NCBI GenBank assembly: GCA_964019425.1
Contig: OZ025781.1
Coordinates: 1,674,001 to 1,738,000, forward strand
Source of the DNA: Flectonema sp. DT1601
Taxonomy: Eukaryota
Direction of reading: 5' to 3'
Length of the DNA stretch: 64,000 nt
Under the pieces are notes generated by a model. The model was given only the letters and a program-made list of their open reading frames with translations. It ran no database searches and was not told the origin of the DNA. The translations under genes and the position numbers were made by a program. Each line of letters opens with the position of its first letter. The stretch's first letter is position 1. Shown in pieces: positions 44,301 through 54,423 of this stretch.

Positions 44301-46454
44301 CGCAAGGAGCGGATACAACAACGCCGGGCAGAATTGGCAGCCGCTGAAGCATCAAACACCAAACAGGTGGAATATAAATCTGAAATACCACTAATGCAAT
44401 GGAGTACTTGGGGACACATGGAAGGAGGTAGAAAATCTTGGAGGGGATGGAGCGGTAACGAAGTCTCAAGAAGACCACTGCGAGTTGAGCAAACTGAGAA
44501 CGAGACTTCTGAGGTGATTACTTCATCTTCGGTGTCGAAGTCTTCGGAAACTATTTTAACAGAAGAAACGGCACCGATGCCAAAATCGTACGAATCAGCA
44601 GCTCAAGAACGACACGAATCCGAAGATGAATCGAAGTCGTCTGCAGAAGAAGAGATCCTCCAAAAGTCAGAAACTTCAATTGAATCCGAACCTGTCGCAG
44701 ATACGGAACAGCAGCCATCTGACTCTCGTGTGGCCGTCCAGTTAGAAGAGACGGGGGAGGTACCTATGCCAAAATCTTATGAAGCTGGTGAGCCGAAAGC
44801 CAAGGAGGAGACTACTTCCGAGACAGCGCCGATGCCTGAAGCCTACGAACCATCAACAAAGGAGTCCGAGCCAGCTGAGAGCGAACCGCAGGCACCTGAA
44901 TCCGAGTCAAAGGAAAGTGAAGCGAGCGAAGAAGCGCCTAAAAAAGGAAAGTGGAGAGGGTTTGGAAGAAAGGAGGCCACCTCAGTAGAGGAGACAGGGG
45001 AAGTACCGAAATCGTCTAAGACTGACGAGCCAGTTGCAGAACCGCAGGACAAAGATGAGACAACTTCCGAGACAGCGCCGATGCCTGAAGCCTACGAACC
45101 ATCAACAAAGGAGTCCGAGCCAGCTGAGAGCGAACCGCAGGCACCTGAATCCGAGTCAAAGGAACCTGAAGCGAGCGAAGAAGCGCCTAAAAAAGGAAAG
45201 TGGAGAGGGTTCGGAAGAAAGGAGCCCACCTCAGTAGAGGAGACAGAGGAAGTACCGAAATCGTCTAAGACTGACGAGCCAGTTGCAGAACCGCAGGACA
45301 AAGATGAGACTATTTCCGAGACAGCGCCGATGCCTGAAGCCTACGAACCATCAACAAAGGAGTCCGAGCTAGCTGAGAGCGAACCGCAGGCACCTGAATC
45401 CGAGTCAAAGGAACCTGAAGCGAGCGAAGAAGCGCCTAAAAAAGGAAAGTGGAGAGGGTTTGGAAGAAAGGAGGCCACCTCAGTAGAGGAGACGGAGGAA
45501 GTACCGAAATCGTCTAAGACTGACGAGCCAGTTGCAGAACCGCAGGACAAAGATGAGACCGCTTCCGAAGAAGAGACAGCAGCGGCAATGCCTAAAACCT
45601 ACGAGCCATCAAAAGACTCCGAGTCAGCTGATAGCGAAACGCAGGCACCTGAATCCGAGTCAAAGGAGCCTGAAGTGAGCGAAGAGGCGCCTAAAAAGGG
45701 AAAGTGGAGAGGGTTCGCAAGAAAGGAGACAACCTCAGTAGAGGAGACGGAGGAAGTACCAGTACCAAAATCATATGAAGCTGCAGAACCGACATCCGAA
45801 TCTGAAGTGAAGCAGTCTGAAGATGCGAAAGTGAGCGAAGAAACACCCGAGAAAAGAAAGTGGAGAGGGTTCGCTAAGAAAGATGAGACTATTTCCGAAG
45901 AAGAAGCAGCGCCGATGCCCAAAGCCTACGAATCATCAACAAAGCAGTCCAAGCCAGCTGAGAGCGAACCGCATGCATCTGAGTCAAAGGAACCTGAAGC
46001 GAGCGAAGAAGCGCCTAAAAAAGGAAAGTGGGTAGGGTTCGCAAGAAAGGAGACAACCTCAGTAGAGGAGACAGAAGTACCGATGCCCAAGGCCTACGAA
46101 GAAGCCGAGGGAACTTCAGAACCGCAGGCCCCCGAATCCGATGAAAATGAAGTTCCAAAAAAGAAAAAATTGAAAGGATTCACAAGCAAGACAACTTCCC
46201 CTGAGGAGGAGGACGTCTCAACTGAAGCGAAGTCAAATATTACAACTGAGGTGTCAACAGAATCAGAGGTCCAACCGCTACCTAAAAAGGGAAAACAAAG
46301 ATCGGCAAAGAAATCGAACCCAGAAGACAAGGAAACTGAAGAGAAGGTAGCTGACGAGTCCTCTGTGGAGCCTATCGCTGTTACTGAAAAAAAAGAGAAG
46401 AAGGCCAAGGGTAAAAGCAAGAAAAAGAAGAGCGGTGAAACTGGCAGTTCGTAG
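41325..46454 (+). CDS. PPR protein + PIN-like domain + acidic tandem-repeat tail (~1592 aa); exons 41325-43276, 43354-43431, 43496-43701, 43770-43902, 43979-44039, 44106-46454
   Basis: PPR motifs (PSNIVYSAAINA, PDAITYFHAL, LYNLAIGAYAK, PDISTYTALMS). Five GT-AG introns join three ORF-track entries; spliced length 4779 nt with no internal stop. Arg-rich presequence-like N-terminus. Confidence 0.82.
44808..46140 (+). repeat. 249-bp (83-aa) coding tandem repeat, ~3 near-identical units plus degenerate copies
   Basis: Near-identical antisense ORFs at 44843, 45092 and 45341 (period 249). The APKKGKWRGFxRKE motif or a close variant recurs six times. Confidence 0.95.
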
Positions 46455-46913
46455 TATGATTCTGCCGGCGGAAAGACAATCTTATTAAGCTTTGATAATA
46501 CGTGATGCTTCACCTGCTGATGAAGCAGCGTCAATTTATCCATACGCCTAATGGCTTATGTTCTCTGTTTTTGTACTTCTTTTTGTTGCCAGCAATCACA
46601 AGTTTCGTTCGTTAAAATTTGTTCGTTCTTTTCCTTCTTATTCATTCTATTGATTCTGTCTTATGAAAATCGACGTGCCACTGCGTTGTTCAAATAGGGC
46701 AAACCCCCTACGATGGGGGGAACTTTATTCGATCAAAAAAAAAAAAAAAATTAATAAGTGTCCTGCTGTTGCACAATATAGTCTGCCAGTATCCTTTTGG
46801 AGTTTTATATATTATCACTTCACAGTTTACTTAATATGATTACTGGTGTTGTAGTTTAGTAAAAGATTACTTCTGAATTTATTTATATATTTAACAGCTG
46901 CTCACTATTCAAG

Positions 46914-48755
46914 ATGTACGGAGGTGGGTTACCTTCTCCGAGTATTTCAAACACGACAAGTAGATGGCATTCAAATGATTATCTGACTGGGAAGGTTGGA
47001 ACAACAGGAACAGGAAATAGTAGTAATAATCTGGTTCATAAATCACTAACTCCTACTGCAACAAGACCATGGAGTGCTGGAACTGCAGCGTATGGTACTG
47101 AGTTAGAGAATCAAGCGCCTGTCAGACCAATGATGAGAGAGAGTCCTCCACAGAGAAGACCGTTGTCAGGATGGACTCCTTCATCTGGAATGAGTACAGC
47201 AGGACCACTATTGAGTTCTGGTGCTACAACAACACCAAGAGGTACGTACAATGTTTCCCCAACTCGAACAACTGAAGATTGGCGTAAGAGAATGTATCCT
47301 CACAGTCACACAGCTACTCACATCGATTCGTCTTCTTCGGGATTGACTTCACGTGCCCCAACAGACTCAAAGAAACACATCCCTTCTGCATCTGAAATAC
47401 AAGCTCTTCGTAACGCTGTAGTTGAAGCAGAAAATAGAGCCAACATTGCGAGATCCCCTGCACCAACATCAGCAGCTGTGAATGTATCCACAATGCCGGC
47501 AAAACCTGCAGCCACAGTACCCGGCTCTGGGAGGATGCCGAGTCCACCACCACCAAGGCCTTCTGCCTACGCACCACAGTTGGGTTCTCATTCTTTAACA
47601 TCACAAGCTCCAGCAGTAGCTCCACCAGTACAGAAATCAGTTATTGACTCTGACTTAGCGACTGAGATCCGTTCATTACTTAGAGAACTCAGCGTTAGCA
47701 AGAATATGCATCTCGGAGATCAGGACACGAAATTCACATCGCACTGTGAGGAAGTTAAAAAGAGCATCTCCGCGATATCAGAAACTCAACAAAAGGAACT
47801 ACTTGAACTCAAAGAGATGATCCGAAATGGAGGATCTGAAGAAGGAACAACACCAAATATTCAACAACAGTTTGATATGTTGAGAGAAGGTATTGCTGGT
47901 CTTAGTGATCAGATTAATCAATCTTCATTAGAGACTGCTGAGAAGGTTGAGAAAGTCATCACATCGAAGTCATCGTCAAATGACAACACTTCCTTAGAGC
48001 AGGCTGTGGCTTTACTATCTGAACAGGTTAAAGTATTATCAGATAATCAACAACATTTAATTACAATTATTAATCAAAAACAATCTGAGCCTGTCCAATC
48101 TTCAAACACACAACCCGCTAACGATTTGGCTGCGACCGTTGAGGCTCTTCGAACAGAAGTTGGTGACGTGACATCCCAACAACAATTACTTTTAGAAGCA
48201 TTCAAATCATTACCAACTCAGCCAACTGGTGGAAGTACCAGTGGTGGTGGTGATGCTGCTAATTCAGATGAGATCAAAGAATTGCTTTCTGAAATAAAGA
48301 GCGACAGAGAACACTTTCTGGAGATGATTACGAAGCGTGAAAAGTTAGCAGATGAACGCGAAGAGAAGTTAAAGGTCCGCGAGGATCGCCTTTCTTCAGA
48401 ATATTCTGGTTCACCATCACCCCAAAGGTTTAATAAACTACATGAGGGATTGATGCCAGGTGTTCATGGTCGTAGTGGTGTAGAAGCTTTATCAGAATCT
48501 GGTTCGGAGGGTTCAGAAAAGGGGAAGGCACTCGCTACTTGGATTCCTGAAAAAGCAGAACTCGCTGATGAAGAATCAGATACCCTAAATCAAACAATTG
48601 ATGGAGAGGTGTCTGGTATAACTGATGATCAAACAGAAGAGTCTTGGGGTGTTGGTATAGATCCCAATGACCCTCACATGATGGCTCACATGATGTCACA
48701 AATGGATCCTTCTGGAATGGGAGGCATCCCTCCAGAGATAGCAATGGGTGTGTAG
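46914..48755 (+). CDS. Hypothetical protein (Pro/Ser/Thr-rich N-terminus, helical middle)
   Basis: 613-aa ORF after a T-rich acceptor (46897). Confidence 0.78.
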   Translation: MYGGGLPSPSISNTTSRWHSNDYLTGKVGTTGTGNSSNNLVHKSLTPTATRPWSAGTAAYGTELENQAPVRPMMRESPPQRRPLSGWTPSSGMSTAGPLLSSGATTTPRGTYNVSPTRTTEDWRKRMYPHSHTATHIDSSSSGLTSRAPTDSKKHIPSASEIQALRNAVVEAENRANIARSPAPTSAAVNVSTMPAKPAATVPGSGRMPSPPPPRPSAYAPQLGSHSLTSQAPAVAPPVQKSVIDSDLATEIRSLLRELSVSKNMHLGDQDTKFTSHCEEVKKSISAISETQQKELLELKEMIRNGGSEEGTTPNIQQQFDMLREGIAGLSDQINQSSLETAEKVEKVITSKSSSNDNTSLEQAVALLSEQVKVLSDNQQHLITIINQKQSEPVQSSNTQPANDLAATVEALRTEVGDVTSQQQLLLEAFKSLPTQPTGGSTSGGGDAANSDEIKELLSEIKSDREHFLEMITKREKLADEREEKLKVREDRLSSEYSGSPSPQRFNKLHEGLMPGVHGRSGVEALSESGSEGSEKGKALATWIPEKAELADEESDTLNQTIDGEVSGITDDQTEESWGVGIDPNDPHMMAHMMSQMDPSGMGGIPPEIAMGV

Positions 48756-49285
48756 TTCCTTTCATTTTCCTTTCTATTTTTGTATTTACTGCCGTCTGAT
48801 TGTTATAAAAGATAAATCCCCAACAGCATTAGCAGCAGAAGGAATGATGGGTTTCGAACCAGATGTGTAGACCACTCAAAAAATAGATAATTTGATCATC
48901 AGCTGCCTGCTACTCATGTTTATAATAAGTGAAGAATGCCACACTTCAGTGTGGTGGTTCCGTTCCAGTTGGTTTAGCATCGGTGATGTAGAATTCTTTT
49001 TATTATTGTTATTATTATTATTAGCTGTATCTTTCAGTGTTTCTCTCCTCTTTTTTTTTCTTTTTCTGTTTTCTTCTTGTTGTAACTTCCCTGCTTTATG
49101 CCTCACTGCCAGAATGTTATTAACATCCTGTGCTCGTGTACTGTGGTTCTGTCTTCTTACGTTGCTGACGTCCTTGTTAGAATTGCTATTTGTGTATTGA
49201 TGGTATTATTTTATTCACGTATGATGATTTTGTGTGATCGTTTGATTATTAAGATAAAACTACTCTTAACCAGATTACATAAAAT

Positions 49286-49657
49286 ATGACATCCCCTTCT
49301 GATTCTTTAGAATCATATGATGTTCTTATTAATGAGTTTCCAACTCTACGAGATCGACGACACGCTTTTGTTGAAGCGTTCAGTAGATCAACAGAATGGT
49401 TTTATGATGTGCAGCAGATTGAACATCGAGTGTTGGCTGATGAGCAACATCAACTTGAAAGTATTTTAAAATACATCTTACAGCTACACCAGTTTATTAG
49501 CAATCACACAAAGTCTTTAGATTCCTCCGAGACTACTGATACTGCTTCTCAAATATGCTGTGATTCTCAGCAGTCTGATTCGTTGCTGTCACCAAGAACA
49601 TCAAAAGTATTGGAGCTAATGAGTGTTGTTACTTCACTGAAAGAACTTCCTAGTTGA
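49286..49657 (+). CDS. Small hypothetical protein
   Basis: 123-aa ATG ORF with coding-like composition on the gene strand, preceded by ccag at ~49273. Confidence 0.5.
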   Translation: MTSPSDSLESYDVLINEFPTLRDRRHAFVEAFSRSTEWFYDVQQIEHRVLADEQHQLESILKYILQLHQFISNHTKSLDSSETTDTASQICCDSQQSDSLLSPRTSKVLELMSVVTSLKELPS

Positions 49658-49805
49658 AACTCCACTATTATTACAATTCATTTCTATTTTTTATAGAAAA
49701 AAACATCTTCCATCTAATATAACCCTCTTATATAATTGTTTTATTCTTTCGATGAAAAGTTTTACTATTTTCTTTTTATCAAAGAAGGGTAACATCCCAA
49801 AAAAC

Positions 49806-51146
49806 ATGAGTCGAATACCTACTGTGAGAGGAATGGGTACCACAAAGAGAATGGTGTTGTTGTTAATTATTGCGGGTAAACTAGTAATGGTTGTACTACT
49901 TAGTAGAAGGATGTTTGTGAGTACTGATAACTTATCAAATAAGAATAATCGTTCGATAGAAGTAGAAGTTGTTGACCATAAGATTCAAACAGACACCGAA
50001 CAGCCAACCTTCGAAGAAGATAAAATAAAAAGTACGAACAGCCAACAGGATGATGAAATTATATATGTGGACAAACTTCTGTCGCATCACAAAGATGACG
50101 GACCAATTATAAAAATATCAACACAAATATCAAAAGACGAAGATGTTTGGTACAAACGACCAACTAAAGAAGAACAGAAATCATTCACAACATCAATTGA
50201 GAAATGGATAGAAACAAGTGAACCAGGAGACTACCCTGACATCTCACAACTTGATAACAACAGTCCAGTCTGTGATGATATCTTTAGATTTGGTGGAGTT
50301 CATAATTCAAAGTCTCCAACTGGATGGCCGATTTGTATGGAACTCCTCCCAAACTCGTTAGTCGAGGAAACGATTCACAAAACCTTTAAAGGATGTTCCT
50401 CTAAAGATTGTAAACCTCAAGTATCTAACTACTCTCCATCTACAAAGAGAATAAAACAAAAACCTACTCCTTGTATTGTTTATAGTTTTGGTATTGGTGA
50501 AGAAGATAGTTTCGAGCAACACTTGTCACTCGATACGAAATGTGAAGTCTTCGCATTCGATCCGGTCGTTGCTGTCGGAAAATGGGTCGCAGCACGAGAC
50601 AGAAGTGTTGAAAAAATTAGGAATGAGGGAGCTTCCAGATCGAGAAGCTCCTTAGAAAACGCCGTGACGGCAATGAAACAAGATAAAGACACCAGCAGGT
50701 ACTATACTCAGATGAGCATATTGAATACAAAAGCGTCTTTTAAGTTTAATCCTTGGGGATTAGCTGCCACAACTTCAACAAAAGAACTTCAAAACAGCTG
50801 GTCAAAAGGAGAGAAGTCTTCAATAGATCTGAGATCTCTTAATAAAATACAAACATCTCTGAGTCACTCTGAGATTGATATTTTAAAACTCGACATTGAA
50901 GGATTCGAATGGCAAGTTCTATCAAATGTGATATCACAAACATCAATATCTCAGCTGATGATAGAACTACACTTTGGTGGTGCTGGTCAATGGTTAGAAG
51001 CATTCAAGGCACTCCACGCAGCAGGATTTCGAGTGTACCACTCTGAGAAACTACGCTATCACGGAAGAGGATGTAAAAAGTCGAGAATTGATCCAAAATG
51101 CAGAGGCGGATTACAAGAAGTGTCATTCATGAGAATACCATCTTAA
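49806..51146 (+). CDS. Type II membrane SAM-dependent methyltransferase (Methyltransf_22 / METTL24 / FkbM-like)
   Basis: N-terminal TM, CIVYSFGI...SFE, CEVFAFDP, IDILKLDIEGFEW, QLMIELH. Confidence 0.85.
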   Translation: MSRIPTVRGMGTTKRMVLLLIIAGKLVMVVLLSRRMFVSTDNLSNKNNRSIEVEVVDHKIQTDTEQPTFEEDKIKSTNSQQDDEIIYVDKLLSHHKDDGPIIKISTQISKDEDVWYKRPTKEEQKSFTTSIEKWIETSEPGDYPDISQLDNNSPVCDDIFRFGGVHNSKSPTGWPICMELLPNSLVEETIHKTFKGCSSKDCKPQVSNYSPSTKRIKQKPTPCIVYSFGIGEEDSFEQHLSLDTKCEVFAFDPVVAVGKWVAARDRSVEKIRNEGASRSRSSLENAVTAMKQDKDTSRYYTQMSILNTKASFKFNPWGLAATTSTKELQNSWSKGEKSSIDLRSLNKIQTSLSHSEIDILKLDIEGFEWQVLSNVISQTSISQLMIELHFGGAGQWLEAFKALHAAGFRVYHSEKLRYHGRGCKKSRIDPKCRGGLQEVSFMRIPS

Positions 51147-51313
51147 AGTCTTCTCTCTTTGCGAAGTCTTTTTGTTTTTACTAAAACTACTACCGAGTGA
51201 ACACTCCGTAAAATAACATTTTTAAGTTTCTTTCGAAGAAGACTTTTAAATTTAAAATCGTTAAAAAAAAAAAAGATGAAGTTGACATTTATTCTTCCAG
51301 TCAGGTACCTCTA

Positions 51314-54088
51314 ATGATAAACACAATCGCTGTCGATAGAGTCACTTGTACTACTGCTAGGGTATCAATTTTATTCGGAGGTGATGATGATGTTTTTACT
51401 GGACATGTGTTTTGGATATTATTAAAAAGAGATGCCGATATTCCTGTTACAATGAAAGAAGGGAAAGCAATAAGAGATCTCGTAACAGGAAGGAGACCAG
51501 AACGTTATTTAAGATATCGTTCGATGATTTCCGACAGTGGATGTGAGCCTTCTAATAAAAGAAGTATAGTCGAAGTACAACTAGTGAACTTGTTTGATAA
51601 TAATAATTACCAAATAATTGTCGCGGCATTGGCACCAGAAACAACTTATGAACCAGCTCATCACTGTACGCAGTTCACGCAGTTTAAAACTTTAGCAACG
51701 CCGTTGGTTGTTTCTACTCCGGAATTCTTATTTTTTGAACAGCCGTTGACCACCGCAACCAGATCTGATTTTTCGTTTACAAGTACAGGTCAAGGAGTTC
51801 TAAGATACGTTGTGTTATCAAGTCATTGTTATGATTTAGTGATGGCAACGGATACTTTTAATTTAGATCAACAAAAACGACCAATCACAGAAGACGAAGT
51901 CTCCATAAGAACACTAATCACAATGGGAGGCTCACTAACAGTGAAGTCTGAAGGTGTTCACACGCTTTCAATTATTAGTAAAAGTATTGTATCAGATCGT
52001 GACTATACTTTGGTACTTCAATCTGATCAAAACAACTTTAAAAGAGTTTTGGAATTTGATACCACTCTCGACACTAAAGTCGTCAACTACTACTACACGA
52101 CTGGATCTCCGACAGTAGAAGTTACAATCTCTGAATCTGGTTTATTATGGTACGCAGTAATCAGAGCGTCTACAGCGCTACCATGGAAATTAAAAGGAAA
52201 AGAACTGATTGAACTGGTGAAGAGATCTCCAACAACAGGACACAACAGACTGGCAAGAGGAAATGATGTTTTGATAACAGGAAGAGTAGTTGTTGATGGT
52301 GAAAAGAGAGCAGTGATACCTGTCGGTGATTGTGAAGAAGAACATTTGGTTTTATTAATTCTTCCAACAACTCGTACTAAAAGATGGATAGAATCCCCAA
52401 CACGAGTGTTACTATCAAGTACTACGGTACAATCAATAGGTAAAGTTAGTATTAAGTCTCCAGAAGTTACAAAGTCACCACTTATGGATCAAATCACCCT
52501 TTCATTCCATCTTGATAGATGGGCTGCATTAGGTGCTGATTGCGTTACATCATTCGCATTACTTCCACTAACCTCATCAATTGAAAGAACCATATCAACT
52601 TCAGAAGTATTAAATCCCAAGAAGACCTATCCTGGAGCTGTTAGTGTTTGTGTTAATACAACAGGAGTAGGTCCTCATAAAGCATTCTTTACAACTGTAA
52701 TTGGAATCTCTTATAAACTATTTGGGGTAGTCAATCTAGTATGGAATCACTTAAACATCTCACAGCCTGTTATCAATCAATCTGTTGCTGCTATCGTTAA
52801 AATATCAACTGATCGGATTACTGATATCAAAGTACGATGTCGAAAGGAGAGAATTCCAGCAACTAAAGGAGCATTTGTCGATTCTTGGAGGGAGGGAAGA
52901 CCAAGATTGCGAAAAAACAAATTAGAAAATCCATCAAAGGTCGTCACAGTTGGACGCATGCAGGCCAGGGGTATTTATCAAAAGTGTGATCGAGGTCCAT
53001 GGTCAACGAGAACAAATAGAGTTGTCGCTCCATTGATAGTTGAGAAACACGAAGTAGGTACTCGTCACAGTAATGTTCGTATTAATTCAACAGAACACGC
53101 TTTGGAATTGAAAAAAGTATTTTGCAGCTTTCCCTTAACCGAACGCCTGAACACTTCTTTCGTAATTCACTGCAAGCAATGCAGTCGAACAGAAAGAGCT
53201 TCCACAATTCGAGTGATGGAAATAAAAAGATCAACTCGTGGTCTTGTTCGCTTCCACAACGCATACAAACGAGGATTGGTAGCTACAAATTCACATCGCG
53301 TGTTGTACAGAAGACCTCCTTTAAATGTAATCCCACTTGAGTCCCTTCATTGTTGGCTTGAATTACTTGGTGCTGGGGAGTCGAATATAACATCAACACC
53401 GTGGGATGTTTCGTGGCCTATATTTTTAGTACTTTGTACATTTCAGGAAATTGATCGTCCGTGTTTGACAGAACTAAAGTCCAGATACACATCCATCACT
53501 TCTAATGAGAACTATCACAACAGAGATCAGTTTATCGATTTACTCAGCAGGCTTTCAACTGAACTCAGCATGTCTGACAGAGACGCTTCATTTTCAAATT
53601 CTGGTTTTAGTGATGCGGATTTCTACCGAGGATTTGAATTTAATTTTGTTGAAGTTGTGATTTCTTTATTCTTTTCGAGATTTGATCAACTGGCGCTACT
53701 GAGAGCCAGAGGTCGGGGAACTGCATTAGATAAGAATTTTCAATACCACCACATGTGTTTAATTAATAATCAAACACCTGTCTCGCCATCAATTACGTTA
53801 TCGCCAGGGATGGTTTCTGTTATTGAGAGTGTTGGAGCTTCTCAAAGTGACGGTTCGCAATCCGTTTCAAAGGAGGAGTCTTCAGATGTCGATTATGAAA
53901 GTAATGAAATTGACCCAACAATTGCATTTAATAAAAACGTTAGAGGATCACTTACGAGATCTGCTTTGCGAAATATGAATCACGTCCTTGCTCCAGAGTC
54001 TAGAAGGAAATCATCGACATTTATCCCTGTTGGGAAGGAGTTTCCTCTTGGAATTCGAAAGAGTTCCAAAGATGTGAGGGTTGCTTAA
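51314..54088 (+). CDS. Hypothetical protein with several beta-rich (Ig/FN3-like?) segments
   Basis: 924-aa ORF. Recurring G.(V/L).(W/Y)... pattern (GHVFWIL, GVLRYVV, GLLWYAV). Confidence 0.75.
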   Translation: MINTIAVDRVTCTTARVSILFGGDDDVFTGHVFWILLKRDADIPVTMKEGKAIRDLVTGRRPERYLRYRSMISDSGCEPSNKRSIVEVQLVNLFDNNNYQIIVAALAPETTYEPAHHCTQFTQFKTLATPLVVSTPEFLFFEQPLTTATRSDFSFTSTGQGVLRYVVLSSHCYDLVMATDTFNLDQQKRPITEDEVSIRTLITMGGSLTVKSEGVHTLSIISKSIVSDRDYTLVLQSDQNNFKRVLEFDTTLDTKVVNYYYTTGSPTVEVTISESGLLWYAVIRASTALPWKLKGKELIELVKRSPTTGHNRLARGNDVLITGRVVVDGEKRAVIPVGDCEEEHLVLLILPTTRTKRWIESPTRVLLSSTTVQSIGKVSIKSPEVTKSPLMDQITLSFHLDRWAALGADCVTSFALLPLTSSIERTISTSEVLNPKKTYPGAVSVCVNTTGVGPHKAFFTTVIGISYKLFGVVNLVWNHLNISQPVINQSVAAIVKISTDRITDIKVRCRKERIPATKGAFVDSWREGRPRLRKNKLENPSKVVTVGRMQARGIYQKCDRGPWSTRTNRVVAPLIVEKHEVGTRHSNVRINSTEHALELKKVFCSFPLTERLNTSFVIHCKQCSRTERASTIRVMEIKRSTRGLVRFHNAYKRGLVATNSHRVLYRRPPLNVIPLESLHCWLELLGAGESNITSTPWDVSWPIFLVLCTFQEIDRPCLTELKSRYTSITSNENYHNRDQFIDLLSRLSTELSMSDRDASFSNSGFSDADFYRGFEFNFVEVVISLFFSRFDQLALLRARGRGTALDKNFQYHHMCLINNQTPVSPSITLSPGMVSVIESVGASQSDGSQSVSKEESSDVDYESNEIDPTIAFNKNVRGSLTRSALRNMNHVLAPESRRKSSTFIPVGKEFPLGIRKSSKDVRVA

Positions 54089-54423
54089 GGAAGTAATCTT
54101 ATGTTTAATCTACACCTACACACCTAACACACAACATAAAACTGTTTTTTTTTCTTCTTTTTTTAAAAAAAAAAAATAACAGAAATCGTTCTTTAGTTTT
54201 TTTGATTCTGTTTCTTTTTGTATCTTCGGATGTTTCTCACTGTTGTGAAACAGTAAAAACAAACCAAAAAAAAAAAAAAAAAAAGTAAATTAATTTTCTT
54301 CTCGTATTCATTACTCAACTCGACAGGACATCAACAGAACAAGAAATCATATTTATAATTACCATCCAAGTCCCCATATTATCCCACCACGTGATGTTAT
54401 TTATAACTTCCCCAGAATTCTAA

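Noticed and set aside
44843..45922. Repeated antisense ORFs (MSCGSATGSS...)
   Set aside because: Shadows of the 249-bp sense-strand coding repeat.
48849..48860. B-box-like GGTTCGAAACCC on the minus strand (tRNA?)
   Set aside because: No T-stem, acceptor stem or cloverleaf can be formed.
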